This document shows positions 1 to 9,723 of a stretch of DNA of 53,725 nt, in pieces. Position numbers and translations under genes: made by a program. Origin of the DNA: a virus (taxonomy: Duplodnaviria > Caudoviricetes); IMG/VR virus record IMGVR_UViG_3300037845_000029, positions 1 to 53,725 of that record; one strand, 5' to 3'. The notes beneath the pieces were generated by a model. It saw only the letters and a program-made list of their open reading frames with translations, was not told the DNA's origin and did no database searches. Each line of letters opens with the position of its first letter. The first letter of the stretch is position 1.

Positions 1-240
1 ACCAAGGTCGACGCGAGCCAACTGGCGGAAATCGTCAGGAACGGCAACGCCGCCACGAACGGCGGCACACCCTTGAACGGCTTCAGCGGCGCGATGGGGG
101 CCTACAACGTGCAGGGCTGCTTTCTCGAGGACGAGGCGGACTTGGACCCGCTCTTGTTCCCGGAAGTGGCCCCGCTGAAACGCTACGTGACGAGGCTGAG
201 ATTTTCGCTGTGGTTCGACCAAACTGCCACCAGCGGATGA
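1..240 (+). CDS. 3' end of a probable tail terminator/completion protein (partial)
   Basis: Frame 1 is open from the window start to TGA at 238-240 (...YVTRLRFSLWFDQTATSG*). It lies just upstream of the tail tube gene; function inferred from synteny. Confidence 0.5.
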   Translation, partial: TKVDASQLAEIVRNGNAATNGGTPLNGFSGAMGAYNVQGCFLEDEADLDPLLFPEVAPLKRYVTRLRFSLWFDQTATSG

Positions 241-374
241 CGACGACGAACCAAACGCCGGTCTAGGGTCGCCCCCGAAGCCCCTGAACCGCCAGGCTGG
301 CCGGCTTTGGTAAACGAGCGGATGGCGCCTTGCGGAAGGCGCGATGAGTTGAAAACGAACAAAGGACTAGCGCC

Positions 375-785
375 ATGTCGCTTTTAGGTTTCGGGACATC
401 AATCACCTTCGCCTCGGGCTTCATGGCCGAGATCACCGACGTAGACTGGGACGGCATCGACCGCGGCGACGTGGATACGACCAGCATGGCGACCACCAAC
501 AACGCCATGACCTACATCCCCGAGGCGCTGTACGATCCGGGTGGCCTGGCGGTAGGCTTGCTCTTCAACCCCGACACCCAACCGCCCTTGCTGAGCCCGA
601 CCACGAACGCGCCGGAGACCATTACCGTCACGTTCAGAAAGCCGCTTGGCAAGACGAACGCGGCGAACTGGCAGGCGCTGGGGTACATGAGCAAGTACAA
701 GTGGATGGGCAAGGTCAAAGGTCTTTATACGGCCAACGCGAACCTGAAATTCAGCGGGCCGATCACGTTCACACCATCGAGCTAG
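375..785 (+). CDS. Major tail (tube) protein
   Basis: 136 aa with a DVDTTSM...TYIP..LYDPG.L.V.L.FNP pattern typical of siphovirus tail tubes. AAGGA RBS; upstream of the chaperone and tape measure genes. Confidence 0.75.
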   Translation: MSLLGFGTSITFASGFMAEITDVDWDGIDRGDVDTTSMATTNNAMTYIPEALYDPGGLAVGLLFNPDTQPPLLSPTTNAPETITVTFRKPLGKTNAANWQALGYMSKYKWMGKVKGLYTANANLKFSGPITFTPSS

Positions 786-794
786 GAAGAACAC

Positions 795-1055
795 ATGGCC
801 GAGCAGGAAAAGAAGTACCATCCCGCGCCACTGAGCCATGATGGGCTGCAAAAAATGCACGCCTATCTGAAAACGCTCCCTCCCGAGAAAACTTCGATTG
901 CCGTCACGTACCTGGTCGACGTGACCGCTCCCGATTTCAAGGTAGGCGAGAAAGGCCAAACCAAGGAAGTCGAGCGGCACTGGGCCGAGCAATTGATGGC
1001 AGACGGTTACTGCGTGCCAGCCGGCAGCGCAGCACCGGCCGGTAGTCTGACATGA
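795..1055 (+). CDS. Hypothetical protein in the tail module
   Basis: 86-aa ORF with an AGGAAG RBS, co-directional with the tail genes. Confidence 0.6.
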   Translation: MAEQEKKYHPAPLSHDGLQKMHAYLKTLPPEKTSIAVTYLVDVTAPDFKVGEKGQTKEVERHWAEQLMADGYCVPAGSAAPAGSLT

Positions 1056-1068
1056 TCCGCCGCACAGC

Positions 1069-1611
1069 ATGATTCGTAGGACAGTCCGAGACCGCACCGG
1101 CATCTACGCGCACGTCTCGACATCGAGCGACGATCCGCAAGACTGGGAAGCCATTTTCGCCGCCAAGTCCGGAGAACTCGATCAGGTCGAGCGCTTGGCC
1201 GCTTTGGAACGCTTCGCCAGGAGATCGCTGGGAACCGCACCGGAAGGCTCCCCACAAGAGCAAGACGCGAGCGATCTTCTGGCGAGCTTGCGGTTCATCC
1301 GGTACTGGATCGACGCGGGAGACGCCATCTCAGCGGCAATGGAAGGCATTCGGGCTGGCTCCATCGCCGAACGGATGCAGGTACGCTCGTTCGAGCCGCT
1401 GGTCGAGCGCGGCCGGCGGGCCGCCAGCGCCGCCCAGCGTGCCGGCCGCGCTCGCAGCGAGAATCTCGCACCAAAACGGCGGAAAATACGCGAGCGCTTC
1501 GCCATCGTGCATCCAGCGGAGGTCAAAAGCCGCACGGCGGCGGTCCATCGCGTGGCCCGCGAACTGGGAATCAAGCCGCGGACGGTCTGGCGGGCCCTGG
1601 AAGCCTGCTAA
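1069..1611 (+). CDS. Hypothetical protein with C-terminal HTH
   Basis: The C-terminus AVHRVARELGIKPRTVWRAL is HTH-like. Confidence 0.55.
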   Translation: MIRRTVRDRTGIYAHVSTSSDDPQDWEAIFAAKSGELDQVERLAALERFARRSLGTAPEGSPQEQDASDLLASLRFIRYWIDAGDAISAAMEGIRAGSIAERMQVRSFEPLVERGRRAASAAQRAGRARSENLAPKRRKIRERFAIVHPAEVKSRTAAVHRVARELGIKPRTVWRALEAC

Positions 1612-1703
1612 ACCGCTGTCAACCCGCCAATCTGGCACAAAACAGCCGGTAAACTGCCTGCTGCGGACTATTTTGCGGAACCAAGCACAGCGGAGCGACC
1701 GAA

Positions 1704-2123
1704 ATGAGCGAATCCGACACCAACGGCGCGCCTTCCGAGCCGTTGACGGCCGAGCAGATGGGCCAAAAGGCCCTGGCTTTTGAAGACCGAGACCACGAAT
1801 TCACCACGGCCTTCGGCATGAAGGTCTGGGTCTGGCAGATGCCACTGGAAAACCGCGACAAATTCGACCTGTGGAACGCGGAATCACGGCAAAAAGAGGA
1901 CATCACGGCCTTCCGCACGCGGCTGGTCGTCGAAACCTGCTGCGATGAGCAGGGCAACCCGATTTTCAAGCTCGACGACATGCCGGCGCTGGCCAAAAAG
2001 GGCCACACGATCCACCGCCTGAGCAAAATGGCATTGCGGATCAACAAGATGCGGACGCAGGACCTGGAGGACGAGGAAAAAAACTCCGAAAGCGCTACCG
2101 CAGGCTCTTCGCCCTCCGGCTAG
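1704..2123 (+). CDS. Tail assembly chaperone (gpG-like)
   Basis: GGAG RBS. It ends in EEKNS, encoded by the slippery sequence GAAAAAAAC (2076-2084), and lies between the tail tube and tape measure genes. Confidence 0.8.
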   Translation: MSESDTNGAPSEPLTAEQMGQKALAFEDRDHEFTTAFGMKVWVWQMPLENRDKFDLWNAESRQKEDITAFRTRLVVETCCDEQGNPIFKLDDMPALAKKGHTIHRLSKMALRINKMRTQDLEDEEKNSESATAGSSPSG

Positions 2124-2503
2124 CGCTGGCCCTTGGCCGTTACAACGTCGATGAGATGCTCGCCGAGGCGCCGCCCAGGCAGCTCGACGAGTGGTTGGCC
2201 TATAACCGCATCGAACCCTTCGGCGCGCTGCGGGGCGACATGCAGGCCGGCATGATTTGCAACCACATCATCGGCGCGGCCGGCGGAGACTTCCGGCCGG
2301 TTCACGAGTACATTCTGAAATTCGGCCGCGACCCTGAAGACCAGATGGACCCCGACGAGATCGAACACCAACTGATGCTCTTCGCCCAGGCACACAACGC
2401 CCGGCTGGCGGAACAGGCCGGCGGCGCGATGAACGTCGATGTTCAGGGGATTCAGCGCGAGATTGCGGCGGCAAGGACCGTCGCGAGGGACGCCGCGCCA
2501 TGA
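2078..2503 (+). CDS. Tail assembly chaperone gpGT C-terminal part, reached by -1 frameshift
   Basis: The -1 frame after A AAA AAC is open to 2503 and reads KLRKRYRRLFALRLALALGRYNVDEMLAE...EWLAY, a gpT-like sequence. Confidence 0.8.
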   Translation, partial: KKLRKRYRRLFALRLALALGRYNVDEMLAEAPPRQLDEWLAYNRIEPFGALRGDMQAGMICNHIIGAAGGDFRPVHEYILKFGRDPEDQMDPDEIEHQLMLFAQAHNARLAEQAGGAMNVDVQGIQREIAAARTVARDAAP

Positions 2504-5283
2504 GCACGATTGCAAATATCACCGTCGCGCTCTCTGCCGACATCTCGAACTTCATTTCCGGCACGAAGAAGTCGGCCACGGCCATCAACGACCTGATGCG
2601 TGCGGCGAACAAGGCGACGACCGAGGGATTGTCGCCGCTTCAGCGCTACGAAGCGGCGATGGACCTGCTCGGGACGAAACTCTGGGAAGGCCAAGCCGCC
2701 GTGTTGGCTTACGACAAGGTCACGAAGTTTCTGGCCGAGACACTTGCCAAGGAAACTGCGGCTGTGAATGCCGCCGCAGAGGCTACTGCCAGGCTTCGCG
2801 CCAAACAGGAAGCTACGTTGCAAGTCGCTGTCGCAATGATGGCACAAATGGGCCAGGGTCGCTGGAACTCCTGGGAAGCCGGACTAGCGAACATTTCCAA
2901 TGCAACGCTTGCCGCAGAAGCAAGAACGAAGGCGCTATCTGCTGCTGCGACGGCAATGATGGCGCAAATGTCCAAGGGTTCATGGAACTCATGGGAAGCT
3001 GGGCTAGCTAATATCGCAAATGCCACTGCCGCAGCCGAAGCAAGAACGAAGGCACTGTCCGCGGCTGTGACGACAATGATGGCGCAAATGGGCCAAGGGC
3101 GTTGGAGCTCGTGGGCCGCAGGTCTGGCAAATATCACGAATGCCACGAACGCCGCCGCCGCCGCAAACCAGCGACTTGCGACAGTTGTTGTGCCAATGAT
3201 GGCGCAGATGGGCCAAGGTCGCTGGAACTCGTGGGCCGCAGGCTTGGCAAACATCACGAATGCTACCGCCGCTGCCAAAGCACGAATGGACGATGTCTCT
3301 AATGCGGGCCGCGGCGGTTTCCGAATGATCGCGTCGGCGATCAGCCCAACCATCGGCCAAATGGCGTCCTTCGGCGTCGGCGTCGGCGCGGCGATCTTGG
3401 CCATCAACGAGTTTAAGAACGCCATGTCGGCCATCGTCTCGACCGGCGTGAACCTGATGGTAACGTTCGAGAACGTCGAGGTATCGCTCTCGACGATGTA
3501 CAAATCCGCCGGCAAGGGAAAGGCGGTCTTGGAAGAGCTGAAGGACTTGGCCGCCAAGACGCCGATGGAGTTCCCTGAAATCGCGCGCTCGGCGAAGTCT
3601 CTGGCAGCCGTTGGCATCGAAGCGAGGGACCTGCAAGGTCATTTGAAGCTGATGACCGAACTGGCGGCTGGTTCGGGAACGAGCATCGAAGAATTGACGC
3701 GCATCTATACCCGCAACCTGATTCAAGGGCGGCAGTACACTCGCGACATCAACGAGTTCAGCAACGCCGGCATCCCGATTTGGACGCAACTCTCCAAGGT
3801 GATGAAGGTCTCCAATGACGAAGTGCATCAGATGGTGACGGACGGCAGGATCGGAGCGCACGAATTCCAAATGGCGCTGATCGAACTGGTAGACGCTGGC
3901 GGACGATGGCACGGCGCTTCCGAGGCCGCGCAGAAGAGCACGCAAGGGCTGATGGCGACCTTGAAGGATTACACAGGGTTCATTTTGGAGGGCATGACGA
4001 AGGCCACTGCGGAAGCCCTGCACTTCAAGGATGTCATTGGCGGAATCAACCAGTCGATGGCGCGAGAACGCGACGTATGGCAGACGACGACGGCCGACGC
4101 ATTTGGTTTCTTCGATGTTTTCGGTGCCGGATTAGGCTCGTTTTTGAGGTTCAATGAAACCCAAAAGAAAATCGCCGCCCTGCAAAAGATGGACGCGCAG
4201 GAGCGTTTGGATTACGACGCCGCAAAGAAGGCCAATGACCACGACGAAATGGATCGGGCGGCAAAGAAGATTCGCCAAATCCAGTTGATGATTGCCTTAC
4301 ATCAGGGTGAGATGCTGAGTGCGCAGGACGTAAAACTGCTGGCCGAGCGCGGCAAGGAAGAATTACCGACTCCCTTCAAGGGCGGCGACGCCGCCGCACG
4401 TGCCGAATTGGAGAAGAACAAGGAGTCGTTTGACAAGCTGCACGATGCGATGATTAAGGCGTGGGACGCAGCACGGTTCGGCAAGGAAGCGATGGACCGA
4501 CTCGCCTACGCCAACGCGGCGATCGCAGCCGGCAATCGGACAAGCATCGGCGAAATCATGGGTCATTACGACATGGTCGTAGCCGAGACGAAGGCGGCTG
4601 AAGAACGGACGAAGGCAGAAAAGGACGCCGACGCCGAACGAAAGAGACACACGGAGACCTATGACAAGTTGATCTTGAGCCTCAAGCTGAAGATCGCGCT
4701 GCTCGATAAGGATGCCGAAGCTGAGAGGGCTGCGCAATTGGCGGCCGAAGGAAACAACGAGACTGAAGTTCGTCGCATCCTGCTCCTAGAAAAGCAATTT
4801 CGAGTCAGGAAGGAGATGCTTGATGCCCAGAAGGAAGCCGCCGACAAGAACAAAAAGGATTTCGACGACATGAAGAGGCGGGCCGATGAACTCAAAAAGT
4901 CCCTCGAAACACCCGAGGCGGCACAGCAACGCAAGGAAAAGGAACTAGACAAGCTCTTCGACAAGGGACTGCTGACGCCCGATGAACGAGACGCCTTGCA
5001 AAACAAGATCGACCTGGAAATGCAGGAGGCACTGGAGCGCGATAAGAAAAAGACCTTCGGCCCGGCCGCCAAAGCGTTCACCCCCGCCGCCGAATTCGGT
5101 TCCAAGGAAGCCTACAGCATCATGGTCCGGGCGATGGGCGGCTTCGGCGGCAAGAACGAGGCCGAGAAGCAACGCAAGCGGATCATCGAAGAGTTGCGGC
5201 AGGCGAACATCGAAAACCGTCGGCGACACAACGAGAACAGGCAACCCAAGGTCATCAACATTGCCGGCGGGGGTGTGTTCTGA
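2500..5283 (+). CDS. Tail tape measure protein
   Basis: 927 aa, Ala-rich and helical. N-terminus IANITVALSADISNF; tape-measure domain FENVEVSLSTMYKSAGKGKAVLEELKDLAAKTPMEF; follows G/GT. Confidence 0.92.
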   Translation: MSTIANITVALSADISNFISGTKKSATAINDLMRAANKATTEGLSPLQRYEAAMDLLGTKLWEGQAAVLAYDKVTKFLAETLAKETAAVNAAAEATARLRAKQEATLQVAVAMMAQMGQGRWNSWEAGLANISNATLAAEARTKALSAAATAMMAQMSKGSWNSWEAGLANIANATAAAEARTKALSAAVTTMMAQMGQGRWSSWAAGLANITNATNAAAAANQRLATVVVPMMAQMGQGRWNSWAAGLANITNATAAAKARMDDVSNAGRGGFRMIASAISPTIGQMASFGVGVGAAILAINEFKNAMSAIVSTGVNLMVTFENVEVSLSTMYKSAGKGKAVLEELKDLAAKTPMEFPEIARSAKSLAAVGIEARDLQGHLKLMTELAAGSGTSIEELTRIYTRNLIQGRQYTRDINEFSNAGIPIWTQLSKVMKVSNDEVHQMVTDGRIGAHEFQMALIELVDAGGRWHGASEAAQKSTQGLMATLKDYTGFILEGMTKATAEALHFKDVIGGINQSMARERDVWQTTTADAFGFFDVFGAGLGSFLRFNETQKKIAALQKMDAQERLDYDAAKKANDHDEMDRAAKKIRQIQLMIALHQGEMLSAQDVKLLAERGKEELPTPFKGGDAAARAELEKNKESFDKLHDAMIKAWDAARFGKEAMDRLAYANAAIAAGNRTSIGEIMGHYDMVVAETKAAEERTKAEKDADAERKRHTETYDKLILSLKLKIALLDKDAEAERAAQLAAEGNNETEVRRILLLEKQFRVRKEMLDAQKEAADKNKKDFDDMKRRADELKKSLETPEAAQQRKEKELDKLFDKGLLTPDERDALQNKIDLEMQEALERDKKKTFGPAAKAFTPAAEFGSKEAYSIMVRAMGGFGGKNEAEKQRKRIIEELRQANIENRRRHNENRQPKVINIAGGGVF
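2836..3290 (+). repeat. About 4 x 120-bp (40-aa) tandem repeat within the tape measure gene
   Basis: ATGATGGC(A/G)CA(A/G)ATG starts at 2836, 2956, 3076 and 3196. Protein unit: MMAQMGQGRWNSWxAGLANIxNAT. Confidence 0.95.
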
Positions 5284-5624
5284 TGATCGACCTGCGCAGC
5301 ATGGAAAAAGGAACCGCCAAGGTCGAGCGCCCCAGCCGCACGACGGACCTGGCCAAGCTCTTCAAGGCCGCGCCGTCCCGCGAGCGCGAAGCTGCGCTCA
5401 TCGCATTCGTCAAGCGAACCAGCGTGACCTGCATCGGCATTGCCAAGGAAGAGCCGGGCAAGATCACGTTCCAGTGCGGCGTGCCCGACCCCGACGCGCC
5501 GCCAGATCAGCCGCGATTCATGCCAGCGCATTACGAATGGACCTACGACCTCGACACCGGCATCCTGAAAGCGGCGAAGCTTATCCCGCTCTGGCAGCCT
5601 AGCACGCAGGGAGGCCAGCCATGA
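5283..5624 (+). CDS. Hypothetical protein
   Basis: Start and stop overlap both neighbours (TGATG, ATGA). Confidence 0.6.
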   Translation: MIDLRSMEKGTAKVERPSRTTDLAKLFKAAPSREREAALIAFVKRTSVTCIGIAKEEPGKITFQCGVPDPDAPPDQPRFMPAHYEWTYDLDTGILKAAKLIPLWQPSTQGGQP

Positions 5625-6535
5625 GCGTTGTTTGGGCACATGAGCGAGCCGGCGGGCGCGGAGGGCGAGAAAGCCTCACCCCAGCGCGGACCTGGGCCAC
5701 ACGGAACTATACCCGTCACTTTCAGGTCTACACCAGCGACCAGAACGATGGGCCGCAGACCATCAGCGCCTCGGGGGCGCTCCCGTCGCTTCTGGACCTC
5801 TATATCGCCGGCAACGACGTCGACCTGGGGGCCGTCTGCTCGAACATCAGCTACAACCAACCCAACAACAACCAGCCGAAAATTTGGGAAGTTGTCTGCG
5901 AGTACGAGGGTGCCGACAACCCTCTGACCAGGCCGCACTTGATCCGCACGGGGTTCGCCACCCGCGAGCGGATCGTCTGGCAGGACGTGTACCAAGGCCC
6001 GCGCGGCAACGCCGTGCCGATCGTCAACTCGGCCGGGGTCTATTTCGACCCCCCGGTGACGATCAACGAGAACCAGCCGCTCGTCTCCATCGAGCGCAAC
6101 GAAGTCATCACCATCGACCCGGTGGCCTTGGACCTGGCCTACGGCAACACGACCAACGCCGACTTCTTCTTCGGTGCGGCACCCAATACAGTGCTTTGCC
6201 TGGGGATCACCGGCGGCGACGCCTTCGAGGGCGGTATCTGGTACTGGAATATGCACTACGAATTCTGCTACCGTTCGGATGGCTGGGTGAGATACCTGCT
6301 CGACCAGGGCTTGATGTGGTGGGATGCAACGATCCCAGCCGGCGGCACGAAACCCAACGGCTACACGGATGCTACTGACTCCAAAGGAAACGTCACCACG
6401 GAGCCGCAAGCCCTCGACGGAAAGGGTAAGCTATTGGCGACGACGCTTGGGCGATTGCCTGGCCCGAACGACTTCATTTTCCTTCCCTACAATGTTTTCG
6501 TCAGCGTGCCCTTCGCGCCGCTGGCACTGCCATAA
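5621..6535 (+). CDS. Probable tail-tip/distal tail structural protein
   Basis: 304 aa, beta-rich, GGAGG RBS, shortly downstream of the tape measure gene. Function from synteny only. Confidence 0.55.
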   Translation: MSVVWAHERAGGRGGRESLTPARTWATRNYTRHFQVYTSDQNDGPQTISASGALPSLLDLYIAGNDVDLGAVCSNISYNQPNNNQPKIWEVVCEYEGADNPLTRPHLIRTGFATRERIVWQDVYQGPRGNAVPIVNSAGVYFDPPVTINENQPLVSIERNEVITIDPVALDLAYGNTTNADFFFGAAPNTVLCLGITGGDAFEGGIWYWNMHYEFCYRSDGWVRYLLDQGLMWWDATIPAGGTKPNGYTDATDSKGNVTTEPQALDGKGKLLATTLGRLPGPNDFIFLPYNVFVSVPFAPLALP

Positions 6536-6548
6536 AAGGAACCGATTC

Positions 6549-7070
6549 ATGGCCGCGTCAATCAGCTATCAAGGAACGAATCTCGTTGGCATCGGCACGC
6601 TACAATGTAACGCTCTATCAACTGTCGTTGGCTTGGGTGACGCCAACATTAGCGCCGCCGCCGCGATCCAAGCCAGCAAGATCATTCAATACTGGGGCAT
6701 CGGTCACGAACTGGCAAACTCGACGACCGCAGTTACCGCGCTGACCAGGCTGATTCACAGCACGCACGGCTCGACCTGCGCATTGGTGGCATTTCAGGCG
6801 TTCATCATAACGCCCGCGACTGGGGCTGACCGGACAGTCTCGGTTGATCTTCGAAGATCGACGTTGCAAGGCGCGTTCACAACCGTTTTGACATCGCCTA
6901 TTTCGTTCACGAACACGTCGGCCGGTTTGACGGTGGTCAGCGGCGTCATGTCAAGCTTGACGCTGGTCGTCAACGACCTCTTGGAAATCGTCGTCAGCGT
7001 TGCTGGGGTGGCCGGCAATCAGGCTCTTGGACTTCACGCCGCTTGCTTCCTGAGTGAGAGCATCAATTAA
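6549..7070 (+). CDS. Probable structural protein
   Basis: ATG 6549 follows an AAGGA RBS; Ser/Thr/Ala/Val-rich beta-type sequence. Confidence 0.55.
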   Translation: MAASISYQGTNLVGIGTLQCNALSTVVGLGDANISAAAAIQASKIIQYWGIGHELANSTTAVTALTRLIHSTHGSTCALVAFQAFIITPATGADRTVSVDLRRSTLQGAFTTVLTSPISFTNTSAGLTVVSGVMSSLTLVVNDLLEIVVSVAGVAGNQALGLHAACFLSESIN

Positions 7071-7075
7071 CAGCC

Positions 7076-7840
7076 ATGCCCGTCGAATCCTACGGCATCA
7101 CGCTGGACACCGGCCGCAAGATGGCCGAGATGTGGGAGTGGTACAAGCGCTTCCCCAAGAACCAGTTCACCTACCGGCGTCGGCCTGTTTCCGTCGGCGG
7201 CAATCCCCTTCAAATCGGCAAGCCCACCGCAAATATCGCCTCGCGATCAAGCGGGATAGTCGAGATTTGGAGCGGCACGGCAGGATCGGAGACCGACAGC
7301 AATACTAGCGGAACATTCTTCAATCAACTACCCCAGACCGTGACCAAGGGCTGCTGGGTGGAGATGATGGGCCAGTACATCATCCAGGTCATCAACCCCG
7401 CCAGGATCATCAAGGTTACGCTGACGATGGACCTCATCACCGGCGGTCAATCCGGTGGACCACCAACGGTCGCGGCTTCATTTGACGGAGTTCCAGCAGC
7501 CGGCATGACTGCACTGCTCATTTCCGGCGGAAGTGGCTATATCTCGGCGCCGACAGTGATGATTACTGGCGGCGGAGGCGCGGGAGCTACAGCAACGGCG
7601 ACGATCAACGCAAGTGGTGCCGTCAACGCCGTCATCATGGGAGCGTTCGGAACAGGCTACACGTCAAATCCCTCAGTGTCGTTCAGCGGCGGCGGAGGCA
7701 TGGGGGCGAGCGCTAGTATCCAGGTCCTCATCATTTATCCGTCCTGGGTCCAACAGACGACGATCAAAACAGGTGCCAAAGTCACGGCGATTTGGAACGA
7801 CGTGCTGCAACGATATGAAGCCCTCGACTGGACCTGCTGA
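7076..7840 (+). CDS. Tail fibre/structural protein with Gly-rich GSGY repeats
   Basis: SGGSGYISAPTVMITGGGGAGATATA and GTGYTSNPSVSFSGGGG repeats, as seen in phage virion proteins. Confidence 0.6.
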   Translation: MPVESYGITLDTGRKMAEMWEWYKRFPKNQFTYRRRPVSVGGNPLQIGKPTANIASRSSGIVEIWSGTAGSETDSNTSGTFFNQLPQTVTKGCWVEMMGQYIIQVINPARIIKVTLTMDLITGGQSGGPPTVAASFDGVPAAGMTALLISGGSGYISAPTVMITGGGGAGATATATINASGAVNAVIMGAFGTGYTSNPSVSFSGGGGMGASASIQVLIIYPSWVQQTTIKTGAKVTAIWNDVLQRYEALDWTC

Positions 7841-8850
7841 TGGTTCATCACCGTAAATGCGATGGTTGCGAATGCCCGAAGTGCGGCGGCTGCGGGCCTC
7901 TCATGCCGGCGCAGATCACGGCCACGATTTCCGGCGTGCCGCCGTCTTCCGGCGCGAACTACTGCGCGCACTGCGATCTTTTTAATGGAACCTACACGCT
8001 AAATCTTGTCGATCAATGCACCTACGAGGCCATCATCGGCAACACCGGGCAGCCGAAGCCATGCGGGCCATTCATGCTCACGGTCAAGCCAGCTTGGACG
8101 GCTACGATTAGCCCCCTCAACCCGTTCTTCGTCTCTGATGCTCCTCTGAGCGGCCTCCGCGACATGGCGGATCTGGTGTGGAACTTGACGCCGCCGGATT
8201 GCCTTACACCGGTCAGTGCGACTGGCGCGACTGGCGGCGGCGTGCGCATGGACTGCGATTTCAGTGCAGCGACTATTTCGTTGGTTCCATCGGCAACAAC
8301 TGTGGAAAATCCGCCCTGCCGTCCCTGCGCAGGTTGCATGTGTCTCGACAATGACAACAATCGAATCTACATTTGGCCTGACGAGTTCGACGTTGATTTC
8401 GGTGCCGTGTCGCTCTCGCAAAATCCTGCCGTTCCATGTCCGTGTAGCACGATAACCGGAGTCTTCACGCTCAAGAAGTGTGAGCCTTTGAGCTGTCGCA
8501 AGTACGGTGCAGGCGCCTCGCCTATCTGTGCATGGCAATACTACAACTCTTCCTGGTGCCTCGGAAATGTGAATTGCCAGAATTTTCCGAGCCCAAGCAA
8601 CGTTGCAGCCGCCTCTGAACTGGTGATTTTTCTGACATTCGATGGAACGATAGCAACGTTGACGATTCAAAGCGTGTGCGGAGCCTTGATCGCTAGCTAT
8701 CAACAAATCTTGCAGAGCAACCCGACTACCTGCGTTAAACTGTTTGATGGGCCGACCATCCTTTCACCCGTTGGAAGCGTGTTAGGCGTCCTTTGCTCAG
8801 GATCGTTTCCAAGCGCCACGATCACACCGCTCCCAGCCACCACGCCATGA
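7840..8850 (+). CDS. Cys-rich putative tail-associated protein
   Basis: 336 aa with about 25 Cys and an internally duplicated module; translationally coupled to neighbours. Confidence 0.6.
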   Translation: MVHHRKCDGCECPKCGGCGPLMPAQITATISGVPPSSGANYCAHCDLFNGTYTLNLVDQCTYEAIIGNTGQPKPCGPFMLTVKPAWTATISPLNPFFVSDAPLSGLRDMADLVWNLTPPDCLTPVSATGATGGGVRMDCDFSAATISLVPSATTVENPPCRPCAGCMCLDNDNNRIYIWPDEFDVDFGAVSLSQNPAVPCPCSTITGVFTLKKCEPLSCRKYGAGASPICAWQYYNSSWCLGNVNCQNFPSPSNVAAASELVIFLTFDGTIATLTIQSVCGALIASYQQILQSNPTTCVKLFDGPTILSPVGSVLGVLCSGSFPSATITPLPATTP

Positions 8851-9182
8851 TCGAAGCCGATTGTCAATTCGATCGAACCGAAGTCGGAATCCGCTGTCGG
8901 CAATGCGGATATGAGCGCAATTGGAATCGGCCAGATTTGCCAAAGCGGAACTGCGGCAAGTTTGTCAGGTCGACCGATACGACATCTTCCACCCGCGCCA
9001 AGTGCCGCCACCTCGGCGACGAGCTACGCCGCCAGGAATGCCCGACCTGCCAGGGGACCGTCAAGCTCAAGGTCTTCGCCTGCGCGATTCACGGAGAATG
9101 CACGCCCGAGACGCCGCTGGAAGGCGTGGCCTGCTGCGCGTCGTGCCCGGACTGGGCGAATCCCGCCACATCCGATTCGTAG
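8847..9182 (+). CDS. Small Cys-rich protein
   Basis: ATGA overlap with the upstream gene; about 12 Cys in 111 aa, with several CxxC pairs. Confidence 0.6.
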   Translation: MIEADCQFDRTEVGIRCRQCGYERNWNRPDLPKRNCGKFVRSTDTTSSTRAKCRHLGDELRRQECPTCQGTVKLKVFACAIHGECTPETPLEGVACCASCPDWANPATSDS

Positions 9183-9711
9183 GCGGGTCGTCGTCCACAA
9201 ACGAGCCGTCCTCGTTGCGGATTTGGTCGATGCGCCGGCCCAGCCGGACGGATAGGACGCACGCGCCGGAGTGCGGCTCGAGCGGAAGCTCGCCGAATCG
9301 CGCCTCGTCGCGCCGGCGCTGTTCAAGCAACTCCTCGCGGGCGTCGTGTTGCTGTTGCAAATAGGGATCGTTGGTCATCATAGGTTCGCCTTCTCCAACT
9401 ATGGCATCAAGGACATAATCAAGTTCTCCAAGGGCCATCGCGTGCGAACCGAGCGTCTGGTACAGTCGGTCGCCAGAGGCCCAAACGATCTTCCCGTCGA
9501 CGACGACGGCAACAAGTGGCGAGCACGACCGTAGCGGTTCCGGCACGCTCGCGCCGAAACCACAGGACCACATGCGCGGCACGTATCCTGACTTGCAACC
9601 CTCGGCGTTGAACCAACGGAGGCAGTAGGCACGGTCCTCTTGGCAGAGCGACCAGAACGCCACGCGATCGCCGTACTTCTGATGGGCTTGAACCAAGCCG
9701 CGGGTTGCCAT
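9067..9711 (-). CDS. Hypothetical protein
   Basis: 214-aa ORF, last of a three-gene minus-strand block converging on the tail module. Confidence 0.4.
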   Translation of the reverse strand: MATRGLVQAHQKYGDRVAFWSLCQEDRAYCLRWFNAEGCKSGYVPRMWSCGFGASVPEPLRSCSPLVAVVVDGKIVWASGDRLYQTLGSHAMALGELDYVLDAIVGEGEPMMTNDPYLQQQHDAREELLEQRRRDEARFGELPLEPHSGACVLSVRLGRRIDQIRNEDGSFVDDDPPTNRMWRDSPSPGTTRSRPRLPAASRACILRESRRRRP

Positions 9712-9723
9712 CCCGTAGCCCGG

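Noticed and set aside
2709-4023. Long antisense ORFs (for example 2709..3617, 3004..4023; also 49046..50377)
   Set aside because: They are shadows of GC-rich plus-strand genes with no motifs or RBS.
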